From positions 14,232-78,231 of the forward strand of contig DASZTG010000022.1 of assembly GCA_035548375.1 (NCBI GenBank): DNA of 64,000 nucleotides, given 5' to 3'. Made by a program: the position numbers and the translations under genes. The stretch comes from Burkholderiales bacterium (lineage in GTDB: Bacteria > Pseudomonadota > Gammaproteobacteria > Burkholderiales > JACQAP01). Below are positions 1 to 10,549 of the stretch, one piece after another. The notes beneath the pieces were generated by a model. The model did no database searches. It worked only from the letters and a program-made list of their open reading frames with translations, and was not told the DNA's origin. Positions within the stretch are counted from its first letter, which is position 1; each line of letters starts with the position of its first letter.

Positions 1-130
1 GAGCCGGACACGGTTCACCCCCTTTTGTGTCGATTTTTGCGGCGTAGTCGTAGTGGTGTCGCCTTGCGCGGCAACGGTTGGCAATGCGGGCGATAAACGT
101 CGGGGATAGCAAGGCGGCGAGACAAAATAA

Positions 131-1252
131 ATGGCAAAACGCGACTACTACGAAGTGCTGGGGGTAAATCGCGATGCCTCGGAAGAGGACATCAAGAAGG
201 CCTACCGCAAGCTGGCGATGAAATTCCATCCGGACCGCAATCCGGACAATCCCAAAGCTGAAGAGCAGTTCAAGGAAGCCAAGGAAGCCTACGAAATCCT
301 CTGCGATTCGGCGAAGCGCGCGGCCTACGACCAGTACGGCCACGCCGGCGTGGACCCGCAGTCCCACATGGGCGCCGGTGCTGCCGGCTTCGGCGGCTTC
401 GCCGACGCCTTCGGCGACATCTTCGGCGATATCTTTGGCGGCGGCGGCCGCGGGCGCTCGAACGTCTATCGCGGCGCGGACCTGCGCTACAACCTGGAAA
501 TTTCGCTGGAAGAAGCCGCGCGCGGCACGGAGACGCGCATCCGCATCCCGACCATGGAGGAATGCGAGACCTGCAAGGGCTCGGGTGCCAAGCCCGGCAG
601 CCAGCCGGTCACCTGCCCGACTTGCAACGGCCAGGGCCAGGTGCGCATGACGCAGGGCTTTTTCTCGATCCAGCAAACCTGCCCGAAGTGCCATGGCAGC
701 GGCAAGGTGGTGCAAAACCCCTGCCCGACCTGCAGCGGCGCCGGGCGGCTGAAGAAGCAAAAGACGCTGTCCGTGAAAATCCCGCCGGGAGTCGACGAGG
801 GCGATCGCATCCGCCTGTCGGGCGAAGGCGAAGCCGGCGTCAACGGCGGCCCGCCCGGCGACCTGTACGTGGTCATGCACATCCGTGCGCACGACGTGTT
901 CTCGCGCGAGGGAAACGATCTGCATTGCGAGATGCCGGTCAGCTTCACCAAGGCCGCGCTCGGCGGCGAGATCGAGATTCCCACGCTGGACGGCTACGCC
1001 AAGATCAAGGTGCCGGCCGAAACGCAGTCCGGCAAGGTGTTCCGCCTGCGTGGCAAGGGCATCAAGGGCGTGCGCAGCCAGTCCTTCGGCGACCTGCTTT
1101 GCCACGTGGTGGTCGAGACGCCCGTCAATCTCACGTCGCGCCAGAAGGAATTGCTGCACGAGCTCGAGAAGATCAACGACAGCGACGGCGGCCGGCACAA
1201 TCCGCGCGCGAAGGGCTGGATGGACAAGGTGCGCGAGTTCTTCGAGCCCTGA
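131..1252 (+). CDS. dnaJ: Molecular chaperone DnaJ (Hsp40)
   Basis: 373-aa ORF. J domain with HPD motif (KFHPDRN), G/F-rich linker, four CxxCxGxG zinc-finger repeats ([32 protein letters not shown]), C-terminal client-binding domain. Confidence 0.97.
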   Translation: MAKRDYYEVLGVNRDASEEDIKKAYRKLAMKFHPDRNPDNPKAEEQFKEAKEAYEILCDSAKRAAYDQYGHAGVDPQSHMGAGAAGFGGFADAFGDIFGDIFGGGGRGRSNVYRGADLRYNLEISLEEAARGTETRIRIPTMEECETCKGSGAKPGSQPVTCPTCNGQGQVRMTQGFFSIQQTCPKCHGSGKVVQNPCPTCSGAGRLKKQKTLSVKIPPGVDEGDRIRLSGEGEAGVNGGPPGDLYVVMHIRAHDVFSREGNDLHCEMPVSFTKAALGGEIEIPTLDGYAKIKVPAETQSGKVFRLRGKGIKGVRSQSFGDLLCHVVVETPVNLTSRQKELLHELEKINDSDGGRHNPRAKGWMDKVREFFEP

Positions 1253-1279
1253 ATCTCACGGGGAACATGGATACAAAAT

Positions 1280-1305
1280 AAATGGGCCGCAATTGCGGCC
1301 CATTT
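1280..1305. terminator. Bidirectional hairpin terminator between convergent dnaJ and cysS
   Basis: Perfect 11-bp stem aaatgggccgc / gcggcccattt with loop aatt, flanked by A/T runs on both sides. Lies in the 83-nt gap between two convergent genes. Confidence 0.7.
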
Positions 1306-1335
1306 ACTTACTTGTGACCTCCCGGAAGGCGACGC

Positions 1336-2751
1336 CTACTTGCGTCGCCACGTTGTACCGGCAGAGCCGTCTTCGAGGACGATGCCCGAAGCAAGTAACT
1401 CATCTCGAATGCGATCTGATTCTGCGAAATCTTTCGCATCTCTGGCTGCACGTCTTTTTTCTATCAGCCGTTCAATCGATTCTGCGGTATGGGATACGAC
1501 TCCCGATCCATTCGCTAACGCCTCACCCGCCTTGATGTTTCCCGACCCAACGATTCCCTGCAAAAATTGTCCTGGATCGCGCTGAAGCAAACCGAGCAAG
1601 CCGCCCATCGATCTCAACAATCCGGCAGTTTCTCCCGACTTGTCGCGGTTGACTTCATTGGCCAGGTCAAACAGCACTGCGATCGCTTCCGGCGTATTGA
1701 AGTCGTCGTTCATCGCGTCGCGGAAACGCGCTGCGTGGACGCTGTTCCAGTCGATGGCCACCTGCGCGGGAGGGACCGTTTTCAGCGCCGTATAAAGACG
1801 CGTCAATGAGCTTTTCGCATCGTCGAGATGCTGGTCCGAATAATTCAACGGGCTGCGATATTGCGCGCGCGCGATGAAAAAGCGCACAACCTCCGCGTCG
1901 TACTTCGCGAGGATTTCGCGCACGGTGAAGAAATTGCCGAGCGACTTCGACATCTTCTCGTCGTCCACGCGCACGAAGCCGTTGTGCATCCAGTAATTCA
2001 CGAACGTGTGCCCGTGCGCGCCTTCCGATTGCGCGATCTCGTTCTCGTGATGCGGGAATTGCAGGTCCTGGCCGCCGCCGTGCAGGTCGAAGTGATCGCC
2101 GAGCAGGCGTTCGCTCATGGCGGAACACTCTATATGCCAGCCGGGACGCCCCTTGCCCCAGGGCGAATCCCAGTACGGCTCGCCGGACTTCGCCGACTTC
2201 CACAGCACGAAGTCGAGCGGATCGCGCTTGTTCGGATCGACGTCGACGCGTTCGCCGGCCTGTAATTCATCGAGCGACTTGCCGGAAAGTTTTCCATAGC
2301 CGGGAAATTCGCGGACCGCATAGTAGACGTCGCCGTTTCGCGCCTGGTAGGCCTTCTTCTTCGCGACCAGTTGTCCGATCAGGTCGAGCATCCCGGGTAC
2401 GTTGTCCGTCGCGCGCGGCTCGTGATCGGGCTTGCGCACGCCGAGCGCCGCGGCATCCTCGTCCATGGCACGAATGAAGCGGCCGGTGAGCGCGTCTATC
2501 GGCTCGTTGTTTTCCGCGGCACGCCGGATGATCTTGTCGTCGATGTCGGTGATGTTGCGCACATAGGTGACGTCGTAGCCGGAGGCTTCCAGCCAGCGGT
2601 TCACGATGTCGAACACCACCATGACGCGAGCATGGCCGAGGTGGCAGTAGTCGTACACCGTCATGCCGCAGACGTACATGCCGGCCTTGCCCGGAACGAT
2701 CGGCACGAAAGATTCTTTTGTGCGGGACAGCGAGTTGTATATTTTCAGCAT
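1336..2751 (-). CDS. cysS: Cysteine--tRNA ligase
   Basis: 471-aa ORF. Class I HIGH-type motif (CHLGHARV), KMSKS motif, conserved CysS N-terminus [12 protein letters not shown] and C-terminal ...IVLEDG..GTTWRR. Confidence 0.97.
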   Translation of the reverse strand: MLKIYNSLSRTKESFVPIVPGKAGMYVCGMTVYDYCHLGHARVMVVFDIVNRWLEASGYDVTYVRNITDIDDKIIRRAAENNEPIDALTGRFIRAMDEDAAALGVRKPDHEPRATDNVPGMLDLIGQLVAKKKAYQARNGDVYYAVREFPGYGKLSGKSLDELQAGERVDVDPNKRDPLDFVLWKSAKSGEPYWDSPWGKGRPGWHIECSAMSERLLGDHFDLHGGGQDLQFPHHENEIAQSEGAHGHTFVNYWMHNGFVRVDDEKMSKSLGNFFTVREILAKYDAEVVRFFIARAQYRSPLNYSDQHLDDAKSSLTRLYTALKTVPPAQVAIDWNSVHAARFRDAMNDDFNTPEAIAVLFDLANEVNRDKSGETAGLLRSMGGLLGLLQRDPGQFLQGIVGSGNIKAGEALANGSGVVSHTAESIERLIEKRRAARDAKDFAESDRIRDELLASGIVLEDGSAGTTWRRK

Positions 2752-2818
2752 TGGACGGGGAAACTGCGGTAAAGCGCCGTAGTCGGAAATGCGGGGTGCA
2801 AGAGGCCTTATTTCCGGA

Positions 2819-2847
2819 TTGTGGAGGTTCCGGCCTGCTGGTAGAAT
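2819..2847 (+). promoter_or_regulatory. Candidate sigma70 promoter (extended -10) for the TPR/L,D-transpeptidase genes
   Basis: TTGTGG-N17-TAGAAT with a TG immediately upstream of the -10 (TGgTAGAAT). Located about 50 nt upstream of the ATG at 2900 in the divergent cysS/TPR intergenic region. Sequence pattern only. Confidence 0.3.
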
Positions 2848-2899
2848 CTGCTATTAATTACAATAACCTACCGTTCCTTATTGAGGTAAAGTTTAGCAC

Positions 2900-3883
2900 A
2901 TGGGCCGAATCCTCCTGATCGCGATGGGTACCGTCCTGCTGCTGGCTTCGCAGCCACAGGCCGGCTTTGCCGCCAGCTACGACGATGCCAGCAAGGCGTT
3001 CAAGCAGGGCAACTACGCCGACGCGCTGGAAAAGGTGGAAACGGTCATCGCCGCCAACCCCCGGGACGCGCGCGCACGCTTCCTCAAGGGCCTGATCCTG
3101 ACCGAGCAGAACAAGCCGGCGGACGCCATCAAGGTATTCACCGCGCTCACCGAGGACTATCCCGAGTTGCCGGAGCCCTACAACAACCTGGCCGTGCTCT
3201 ACGCCTCGCAGGGGCAATACGAAAAAGCCCGCAAATCGCTGGAAATGGCCATCCGCACGCATCCGAGCTACGCGATCGCGCACGAGAACCTCGGGGACGT
3301 CTACGCGAAAATGGCGAGCGAAGCCTACGACAAGGCCTTGCAGCTCGATAGAAGCAACGCCGCCGCCCAGACCAAGCTCGCCATGATCAAGGACTTGTTC
3401 TCGGGCAGCGTCGTTCCCGGCAAGGGATCGCCCGAGACCGAAACCGCCGCGAATACGCCCGCGAACACGCCCGCGAGCACCCCGGACAAGCCGGCGGCGA
3501 CTTCGACGAAGCCCGCCGCGTCGGTATTCACGCCCGCGAAAGGCGACCCGGAAGCGGTGCTGGCGGCCGTCAACGGCTGGGCCAAGGCGTGGTCCGGCAA
3601 GAATCCGGATGCCTACCTGGCCTACTACGCGCCCAATTTCCAGGTTCCCGGCGGCGAGGCGCGCGCGAACTGGGAAACCACGCGGCGCGACCGCATCGTT
3701 CGGCCCAAGATGATCGAGGTCACCATCGGCTCTCCCAAGGTCACTTTCGATGCCAGCGGGCGCGCGATCGTGAAATTCCGCCAGGGCTACCGCTCCGATA
3801 CCCTCAACACCTCCGGTGCCAAGACCCTCCTGCTCGTCAAGAACAGCGACCGCTGGCAGATCCTCCAGGAAAGAATGAATTAG
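2900..3883 (+). CDS. Secreted TPR-repeat protein with C-terminal NTF2/SnoaL-like domain
   Basis: 327-aa ORF. Signal peptide (MGRILLIAMGTVLLLASQPQAGFA), several TPR repeats, Pro/Thr/Ala-rich linker, C-terminal domain (W..AW.....AYL.YY...F) that is paralogous to the C-terminus of the next gene. Confidence 0.85.
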   Translation: MGRILLIAMGTVLLLASQPQAGFAASYDDASKAFKQGNYADALEKVETVIAANPRDARARFLKGLILTEQNKPADAIKVFTALTEDYPELPEPYNNLAVLYASQGQYEKARKSLEMAIRTHPSYAIAHENLGDVYAKMASEAYDKALQLDRSNAAAQTKLAMIKDLFSGSVVPGKGSPETETAANTPANTPASTPDKPAATSTKPAASVFTPAKGDPEAVLAAVNGWAKAWSGKNPDAYLAYYAPNFQVPGGEARANWETTRRDRIVRPKMIEVTIGSPKVTFDASGRAIVKFRQGYRSDTLNTSGAKTLLLVKNSDRWQILQERMN

Positions 3884-5115
3884 TGAACGGTTCGTCGCGA
3901 CGCAGCCAGGCCGGATCCCGCCAGACATTTGCCCAGGCCCTGGTGGCCATCGTCGCCGCCAGCGCTTCCTTTGCCTGGGCGATGACCATTACGCCTGCGC
4001 CGATCGCGCGCCAGATCACCGCACCGGAGGCCATGCTGGTGCGGGCGCTGCTCGACATCAGCGACAGCAAGTTCTCGTCGGCCTTCGACCAGATCGACAG
4101 CCTGCTTTCGTCCAATCCGAATTTCCGGCTGGCACAATTGATCAAGGGCGACCTGCTGCTGGCGCGCGCGCGGCCGATCAATTCGATAGGCAACGCATCC
4201 GGCGCATCGGCCGAGCAGGTGGCGGGCCTGCGTGATGAGGCCAGGATCCGCCTGCTGCGCTCGCAGATCGAGCCGTCTTCCGAGGTGGCGCCGCGCTACC
4301 TGCTGCAGCTTCCGGAAAAGCAGAAGCTGGCGCTGGTGCTCGACTCGACCAAGTCGACGCTGTTCGTGTTCGAGAATTCGGGCAAGACGCCGCGCTACGT
4401 CGCGGACTATTACGTCACCATCGGCAAGAACGGCCTGGAGAAATTCCGCGAAGGCGACAAGCGCACGCCGGTCGGCGTCTACCACGTGGTCAGCCAGTTG
4501 CCGAAGGACAAGCTGACGGCCTTCTACGGCAGCGGCGCCTATCCGATCAGCTATCCGAACGAATGGGACCAGTTGCGCGGGCGCGACGGCCACGGCATCT
4601 GGCTGCACGGCACGCCGCGCGATACCTACAGCCGGCCGCCGCGCGCGAGCGACGGCTGCATCGTGCTGACCAACCAGGACCTCGAAACGCTGGCTGCAAA
4701 GCTCCAGATCGGCTCGACGCCCATCGTCATCGCCGACTCGATCGACTGGGCGAAACCGCGCGAGATCGAGTCCCTGCGTTCGGACTTGTCCAGCTCGATC
4801 GAAAGCTGGCGCCGTGACTGGGAAAGCCGCAGCACCGATGCCTATCTGGGACACTATGCGCACAAATTCATGTCCAACGGCATGAACCTGTCGGCATGGG
4901 CGGCGCAGAAGCGCCAGGTCAACGCCGGCAAGAACTGGATCAAGGTGCGGATTTCCGACCTGTCCATCCTGCTCTACCCGGGCAAGGAAGAAATCGCCGT
5001 GGCGACCTTCGAACAGTCCTACGACAGCAACAACCTCTCCAATCGCATGATGAAGCGCCAGTACTGGATACGCGAGAACAACAAGTGGCGCATCGTCTAC
5101 GAAGGCGCGGCCTAG
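3883..5115 (+). CDS. L,D-transpeptidase (YkuD family)
   Basis: YkuD catalytic signature HGIWLHGTP...SDGCIVL. I chose the GTG start at 3883 (TAGTG overlap with the upstream stop) because it precedes a signal-like segment ([16 protein letters not shown]). The track ORF from 3589 overlaps the previous gene out of frame. Confidence 0.85.
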   Translation: MNGSSRRSQAGSRQTFAQALVAIVAASASFAWAMTITPAPIARQITAPEAMLVRALLDISDSKFSSAFDQIDSLLSSNPNFRLAQLIKGDLLLARARPINSIGNASGASAEQVAGLRDEARIRLLRSQIEPSSEVAPRYLLQLPEKQKLALVLDSTKSTLFVFENSGKTPRYVADYYVTIGKNGLEKFREGDKRTPVGVYHVVSQLPKDKLTAFYGSGAYPISYPNEWDQLRGRDGHGIWLHGTPRDTYSRPPRASDGCIVLTNQDLETLAAKLQIGSTPIVIADSIDWAKPREIESLRSDLSSSIESWRRDWESRSTDAYLGHYAHKFMSNGMNLSAWAAQKRQVNAGKNWIKVRISDLSILLYPGKEEIAVATFEQSYDSNNLSNRMMKRQYWIRENNKWRIVYEGAA

Positions 5116-5176
5116 GACCGGCGGCACCGCCGAATCGCAAGCAAGGTTCGATCAATCGCAGTCTCAAGGAACACCG

Positions 5177-5740
5177 ATGAATAGAATACTGGGGCTTTTC
5201 ATTGCCCTGTCGTTGAGCACCGGCGCGTTCGCCGCCGATCCGCAGGTGGAGATCAAGACCAACCTGGGCGCGATCGTCGTCGAGCTGAACCCCGCCAAGG
5301 CACCGAAAACCGTGGAGAATTTCCTGCGGTACGTACGCGACGGCTTCTACGACAACGCCGTGTTCCATCGCGTCATCCCGGGCTTCATGATCCAGGGCGG
5401 CGGCTTCACCAAGGCGATGACGCAGAAGCCGACGCGCGATCCGGTTGCGCTGGAATCCAGCAACGGCCTGCAAAACGACAAAGGCACGATCGCGATGGCG
5501 CGCACGTCGAATCCGAACTCCGCGACCGCGCAATTCTTCATCAACGTGGCGGACAACGCCTTCCTGAATTACCGCCCGGGAACGCCGGGCTACGCGGTAT
5601 TCGGCAAGGTGGTAAAGGGCATGGACGTCGTCGACAAGATCGCGGCATTGCCGACGGGTCCCGGCGGGCCGTTCCCGCAGGACGTGCCGCAACAGCAGGT
5701 CGTCATCGAAAGCGCGAAGGTCCTGGAGGAAGCGAAATGA
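5177..5740 (+). CDS. ppiA: Peptidyl-prolyl cis-trans isomerase A, periplasmic cyclophilin
   Basis: 187-aa ORF with signal peptide (…STGAFAADP) and cyclophilin motifs ([22 protein letters not shown]). Confidence 0.93.
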   Translation: MNRILGLFIALSLSTGAFAADPQVEIKTNLGAIVVELNPAKAPKTVENFLRYVRDGFYDNAVFHRVIPGFMIQGGGFTKAMTQKPTRDPVALESSNGLQNDKGTIAMARTSNPNSATAQFFINVADNAFLNYRPGTPGYAVFGKVVKGMDVVDKIAALPTGPGGPFPQDVPQQQVVIESAKVLEEAK

Positions 5741-6234
5741 GCAAGGTCAAGATGCAGACGTCGATGGGCGACTTCGTCATAGAAGTCGACTCCGCGAAGG
5801 CGCCGGTCACGGCGGAGAACTTCCTGCAGTACGTACGCGACGGCTTCTACGACAACACCGTGTTCCACCGCGTCATCAACGGTTTCATGGTCCAGGGCGG
5901 CGGCTTCGAACCCGGCATGAAGCAGAAAACGACGCGGGAGCCGATCGAGAACGAGGCCGCAAACGGGCTGAAGAACGACGCCTACAGCGTTGCCATGGCG
6001 CGCACCTCGGATCCGCATTCCGCCACCGCGCAATTCTTCGTCAACGTCGTCAACAACAATTTCCTGAATTTCCGCTCGGCGAGCCCGGATGGATTCGGCT
6101 ATTGCGTATTCGGCACGGTGGTGGAAGGCCGCGATGTCGTGGACAAGATCAAGGCCGTGCAGACCGGCAGCCGCAATTTCCACCAGGACGTGCCGACGAC
6201 GGACGTCGTGATCAAGAAAGCCGAAGTCGTGTGA
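5737..6234 (+). CDS. ppiB: Peptidyl-prolyl cis-trans isomerase B, cytoplasmic cyclophilin
   Basis: 165-aa ORF, no signal peptide, cyclophilin motifs ([22 protein letters not shown]). ATGA overlap with ppiA. Confidence 0.93.
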   Translation: MSKVKMQTSMGDFVIEVDSAKAPVTAENFLQYVRDGFYDNTVFHRVINGFMVQGGGFEPGMKQKTTREPIENEAANGLKNDAYSVAMARTSDPHSATAQFFVNVVNNNFLNFRSASPDGFGYCVFGTVVEGRDVVDKIKAVQTGSRNFHQDVPTTDVVIKKAEVV

Positions 6235-6986
6235 GCCCGCCCGGCGGCACCGGCACCCGAGCTCCGCATACGCTGTTCATTTCGGACCTGCATCTCGCAG
6301 CCGATACGCCGGCCGCCAACGAAACGCTGCTGAGATTCCTGCGCAGCACGGCGCGCACCGCGGACGCTTTATACGTGCTGGGCGACCTGTTCGACTACTG
6401 GATCGGCGACGACACCCTGAAGCAGCCGTTTGAAGGCAAGATCGCGGGCGCCTTTCGCGAACTCGTCGATTCAGGCGTTCCGGTCTACTTCATGCACGGC
6501 AACCGCGACTTCCTGATCGGCAGGCGCTTCGCGCGCGCGTCGGGCATGAAGCTCCTGCGCGATCCCACGCTGATCGACCTGTATGGCTCTGCGACCCTGC
6601 TGATGCATGGCGATACCCTTTGCACCGGCGACGTCGACTACCTGAAGTTCCGCAAGTACGCGCGCAATCCGGTCGCACAGTGGCTGTTCCTGCGCAAATC
6701 CCTGGCGAAGCGGCTGCAGATCGCGCACGACCTGCGCGGAAAAAGCGAGCACGCGAAAAGCGGCAAGGACATGGCAATCATGGACGTGGCGCCGAAAGCC
6801 GTCGAGGACGAGTTACGCGCGCACAAGTATCCGCGCCTGATCCACGGCCACACGCATCGCCCCGCCCGGCACGAGCACACGGTCGACGGCCGCGTTTGCG
6901 AGCGCTGGGTGCTGGCGGACTGGTACGAGCACGGCTCCTACCTCGAATGCGATGCCAGGGGTTGCCGTCCCCAGCCCATGCCCTGA
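6231..6986 (+). CDS. lpxH: UDP-2,3-diacylglucosamine diphosphatase
   Basis: Calcineurin-like metallophosphoesterase motifs typical of LpxH ([38 protein letters not shown]). GTG start at 6231 overlaps the ppiB stop. The upstream part of the track ORF (from 6102) lies inside ppiB. Confidence 0.9.
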   Translation: MSPPGGTGTRAPHTLFISDLHLAADTPAANETLLRFLRSTARTADALYVLGDLFDYWIGDDTLKQPFEGKIAGAFRELVDSGVPVYFMHGNRDFLIGRRFARASGMKLLRDPTLIDLYGSATLLMHGDTLCTGDVDYLKFRKYARNPVAQWLFLRKSLAKRLQIAHDLRGKSEHAKSGKDMAIMDVAPKAVEDELRAHKYPRLIHGHTHRPARHEHTVDGRVCERWVLADWYEHGSYLECDARGCRPQPMP

Positions 6987-6998
6987 TCGGGGTTCCGC

Positions 6999-8180
6999 TC
7001 AGATTTTCGCCAGGCCGCGCGCGAGATCCGCACGAATGTCGGCGACCGCTTCCAGGCCCACCGCCACCCTCAGCAATCCTTCGCCGATGCCTGCCGCCTG
7101 GCGCACTTCGGGCGAGACACGCCCGTGTGTCGTGCTGGCCGGATGCGTGATCGTGGTCTTGGCGTCGCCGAGATTGGCGGTGATCGAAATCAGTTGCGTC
7201 GAATCGACGACTCGCCATGCCTCGTCGCGGCCGCCCTTGACGTCAAAGGACACGATGCCGCCGCCGCTTTTCTGCTGGCGCAAAGCGAGCGCGTGCTGCG
7301 GATGCGAAGGCAGTCCGGGATAGTAGACGCGCTCCACCTTGGGATGGCTTTCGAGCCACTCCGCCAGCTCAAGCGCGGATTGCGAATGCGCGCGCATGCG
7401 CAGGCTCAGCGTTTCGAGGCCCTTGAGGATGACCCAGGCGTTGAAAGCCGAAAGCGTCGGCCCCCCGCTGCGCAGGAAACCGTTCAGGCCCTCGAAGATG
7501 ACATCGCGGCGCCCCAGGACCGCGCCGCCCAGCACGCGCCCTTGCCCGTCGAGATATTTGGTCGCGGAATGGATGACGATGTCGGCGCCGAGTTCGAGCG
7601 GCTTCTGCAGGACCGGCGAGCAAAAACAGTTGTCGACGACGAGCAGAACGCCGCGGGCCCGCGCCACCTTGGCCAGCGCCGAAACATCGGAAATTTCCGT
7701 GAGCGGATTGGAAGGCGTCTCCAGGAACATCAGGCGCGTATTCGGACGAATCGCGCCTTCCCACGCTGCGACGTCGGTTGCGGAAACGAAAGTCGTCTCG
7801 ACGCCGAAGCGCTTGAGGATGTTGCCGAACAGCTGCACCGTTGCGCCGAAAATACTGCGCGAAGCGACGATGTGTTCCCCGGCTTTCATCAATCCCATGA
7901 CACAGGCGAGGATCGCGGACATGCCGGACGCGGTGGCGAGACAGCATTCCGCGCCTTCCATCGCCGCCAGGCGCTCCTGCAGGGCCGCGACCGTGGGATT
8001 CGTGTAGCGCGAGTACACCATGCCGGCGTCTTCGCCGGAAAAACGCGCGGCGGCCTCGGCTGCATCCTTGAACACGAAGCTCGAGGTGAGGTACATCGCC
8101 TCGGAATGCTCGTTGAACTGGCTGCGGCGTATGCCGGCGCGGACTGCCAGCGTGTCCGGCTCGAGTTCGTCCCAACGCAT
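6999..8180 (-). CDS. metZ: O-succinylhomoserine sulfhydrylase (Cys/Met-metabolism PLP enzyme)
   Basis: 393-aa ORF. N-terminus ...DTLAVRAG..RS.F.EHSEAMYLTSSFVF and PLP-lysine motif HSATKYLDGQG. Confidence 0.9.
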   Translation of the reverse strand: MRWDELEPDTLAVRAGIRRSQFNEHSEAMYLTSSFVFKDAAEAAARFSGEDAGMVYSRYTNPTVAALQERLAAMEGAECCLATASGMSAILACVMGLMKAGEHIVASRSIFGATVQLFGNILKRFGVETTFVSATDVAAWEGAIRPNTRLMFLETPSNPLTEISDVSALAKVARARGVLLVVDNCFCSPVLQKPLELGADIVIHSATKYLDGQGRVLGGAVLGRRDVIFEGLNGFLRSGGPTLSAFNAWVILKGLETLSLRMRAHSQSALELAEWLESHPKVERVYYPGLPSHPQHALALRQQKSGGGIVSFDVKGGRDEAWRVVDSTQLISITANLGDAKTTITHPASTTHGRVSPEVRQAAGIGEGLLRVAVGLEAVADIRADLARGLAKI

Positions 8181-8224
8181 GATCGATTCCCGTGATTCGC
8201 TTCCGGCGGGCGCGAAAGCGCAAT

Positions 8225-8255
8225 TAAAAAACCCGCATGGCTTGCCAAGCGGGTT
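8225..8255 (-). terminator. Intrinsic terminator/attenuator in the purF-metZ spacer
   Basis: On the minus strand: acccgcttggcaagccatgcggg followed by TTTTTT. Sits 45 nt upstream of the metZ ATG and downstream of a predicted promoter. Confidence 0.7.
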
Positions 8256-8266
8256 CGGGATTCCGA

Positions 8267-8319
8267 CACGCTTTAGCAGTATTTATTACGCGCCCGCAAG
8301 CTGTTCTCAAATCGGCGCG
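8267..8319 (-). promoter_or_regulatory. Candidate SAM-II-like riboswitch aptamer in the metZ leader
   Basis: Minus strand reads CGCGCC-GAUUUGAGAACAGCUUG-CGGGCGCG-UAAUAAAUACUGCU-AAAGCG. This gives a P1 stem (CGCGCC/GGCGCG) with loop elements GAUUU and GCUU, plus a downstream AAAGC able to pair with the loop GCUU (pseudoknot). The layout is as I recall it for the SAM-II (metA/metX) motif. Not verified by a covariance model. Confidence 0.4.
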
Positions 8320-8327
8320 ACGTGCGT

Positions 8328-8356
8328 AAATTAACTCCGGCTCATGCGGCTGTCAA
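8328..8356 (-). promoter_or_regulatory. Candidate sigma70 promoter for metZ
   Basis: Minus strand TTGACA-N17-TAATTT, 27 nt downstream of the purF stop and upstream of the leader and terminator. Confidence 0.5.
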
Positions 8357-8382
8357 CCGCGAGCCGGGTCGTCAGGCATGCA

Positions 8383-9903
8383 TCATTCCGTGGTGGCGAG
8401 GTTCAGGTCGAGCTGCGTGACACTGGTTTCGGGGCCGTTGAGCCTGCCATCGTTGCGCTCGGCCTCGACCCCGGCGAGATATTCCGGCGTGATGTCGCCG
8501 GTGACGTAGACGCCGTTGAAGCAGGACGTCTCGAAGCCGGGCACGGCGGGGTTCACCGACTTGACGTCCTTCACCAGGGCATCCAGATCCTGGTAGATCA
8601 GCCGGTCGGCACCGATCTCGCGGGCGATTTCGTCATCGCTGCGCCCCGTGGCGATCAACTCGCGTGAGGTCGGCATGTCTATCCCGTATACATTGGGGTA
8701 GCGCACCGGCGGCGCGGCGGACGCGAAATACACCTTGCGCGCGCCGGCATCCCGCGCCATCTGCACGATTTCGCGGCTCGTGGTCCCGCGCACGATGGAA
8801 TCGTCCACGAGCAGCACGTTCTTGTCCTTGAACTCCATGCCGATCGCGTTGAGCTTGTGGCGCACGGATTTCTTGCGCACTTCCTGGCCCGGCATGATGA
8901 AGGTGCGGCCGATGTAGCGATTCTTGATGAAGCCCTCGCGGTAGGGCTTCCCGAGTTTCTCCGCGAGCTCCATGGCGGAAGGCCGGCTCGAATCCGGAAT
9001 CGGGATCACGACGTCGATTTCCAGGTCGCTGTGATCGCGCCGGATTTTCTCGGCGAGGCTCGTGCCCATGCGCATGCGCGTCTCGTAGACGGAGATGCCG
9101 TCGATGACCGAATCCGGACGCGCCAGGTAGACGAATTCGAAAATACAGGGATTGAGCTGCGGGGCGGCCGCGCATTGGCGGCTGTAGAAGCTGCCCTCGA
9201 AATCGATGAAGATCGCCTCGCCCGGCGCGACATCGCGCACCCGCTCGAAGCCCAGCGTATCGAGCGCGACGCTTTCGGACGCGATCATGTATTCCGCGCT
9301 GTCGCCGCTCTTCGCCATGCCCACGACCAGCGGCCGGATGCCGAACGGATCGCGGAACGCGAGCAGGCCGTAGCCCGCGATCATCGCCACGACGGCGTAG
9401 GCGCCCCGGCACCTGCGATGCACGCCGGAGACGGCCTGGAAAATGGTCGGCGGATCGAGCTGGTAGCCCTTGGCCGCTTCCTGCAGCTCGTGCGCCAGGA
9501 CGTTCAGCAACACTTCGGAATCGGAATTGGTATTCACGTGGCGCAAGTCCTGACGGAACATCTCGCGCTTGAGTTGCTCGGAGTTGGTGAGGTTGCCGTT
9601 GTGGCCGAGCACGATGCCGAAGGGTGAATTGACGTAGAGCGGCTGCGCTTCGGCGAAGGAGGTGGCAGAACCTGCCGTGGGGTAGCGGCAATGGGCAATG
9701 CCCATGTTGCCGCCGAGCTGGCGCATGTCGCGCGTGCGGAACACGTCGCGAACCAGGCCCCCGCCCTTGTGCATGTGGAAGCGACTGCCGTCGGCGGTGA
9801 CGATGCCGGCGGCGTCCTGGCCCCTGTGCTGGAGCACCAGCAGCCCGTCGTACAGCAGCTGGTTGACCGGAGTTTTGGCGACGACGCCGAGGATTCCACA
9901 CAT
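8383..9903 (-). CDS. purF: Amidophosphoribosyltransferase
   Basis: 506-aa ORF. N-terminal nucleophile MCGI(L)GV, glutamine amidotransferase class II domain, PRTase motif ([13 protein letters not shown]). Confidence 0.97.
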   Translation of the reverse strand: MCGILGVVAKTPVNQLLYDGLLVLQHRGQDAAGIVTADGSRFHMHKGGGLVRDVFRTRDMRQLGGNMGIAHCRYPTAGSATSFAEAQPLYVNSPFGIVLGHNGNLTNSEQLKREMFRQDLRHVNTNSDSEVLLNVLAHELQEAAKGYQLDPPTIFQAVSGVHRRCRGAYAVVAMIAGYGLLAFRDPFGIRPLVVGMAKSGDSAEYMIASESVALDTLGFERVRDVAPGEAIFIDFEGSFYSRQCAAAPQLNPCIFEFVYLARPDSVIDGISVYETRMRMGTSLAEKIRRDHSDLEIDVVIPIPDSSRPSAMELAEKLGKPYREGFIKNRYIGRTFIMPGQEVRKKSVRHKLNAIGMEFKDKNVLLVDDSIVRGTTSREIVQMARDAGARKVYFASAAPPVRYPNVYGIDMPTSRELIATGRSDDEIAREIGADRLIYQDLDALVKDVKSVNPAVPGFETSCFNGVYVTGDITPEYLAGVEAERNDGRLNGPETSVTQLDLNLATTE

Positions 9904-9964
9904 GGCTAGTTCTCCATACCCGGTTGTGCCGGCCCGGCAGCCGGCTCACACGCAAAAGTATAAG

Positions 9965-10456
9965 TCATTCGAAGCTCACCCGCCGCGCCACGTCGTCCGG
10001 CAACCAGGACCTGGCGATCAACGCCAGCTTCTCCAGCGGCCTCGAGAACAGCGCGTTTCGCCAATAAACTTCGCGCGGCTCGGAAGTCATGCCGCCGACC
10101 AGCACGAGAATCACGACGATCAGCAATCCGCGCAGCAATCCGAATACGGCACCGAGCATGCGATCCGATGCGGTGAGCCCCGCCGCCTTGACCAGCCGGG
10201 CCGCCAGCATGGTTAACAGGCTCAGCACGAACACGCATACCAGCATGATGGCGATGAACGCTATCGCCGTTCGCAACCCCTGGTGGGTCAGCGATGCGGG
10301 CAGCCAACCTGCGACCACGCCCGAGAACGTCCTGGCGATCCAGAATGCCGCGATCCACGACAGCAGCGCCAAAACCTCACGCACCAGCCCGCGCCAGATG
10401 CTGAACCCCACCGAGACCACAACGACAATTACCACGATGAGGTCGAATGACGTCAT
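9965..10456 (-). CDS. cvpA: CvpA family membrane protein (colicin V production)
   Basis: 163-aa polytopic membrane ORF in the conserved position immediately upstream of purF. N-terminus M..FD.I....V.S...RG.VRE matches the family. Confidence 0.88.
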   Translation of the reverse strand: MTSFDLIVVIVVVVSVGFSIWRGLVREVLALLSWIAAFWIARTFSGVVAGWLPASLTHQGLRTAIAFIAIMLVCVFVLSLLTMLAARLVKAAGLTASDRMLGAVFGLLRGLLIVVILVLVGGMTSEPREVYWRNALFSRPLEKLALIARSWLPDDVARRVSFE

Positions 10457-10549
10457 CTGTCGCGATGCGTGCTGTCCGGCACCCGGTAGATCAGGCTCGA
10501 CGGCGACGAATTCAAGGACCGGTTCGACATCGGCGCGGGAATCCGGCCC

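Noticed and set aside
2858-5127. Two long minus-strand ORFs (2858-3928 and 3880-5127)
   Set aside because: Antisense to the TPR protein and L,D-transpeptidase genes, which carry signal peptides and catalytic motifs. The antisense frames have none.
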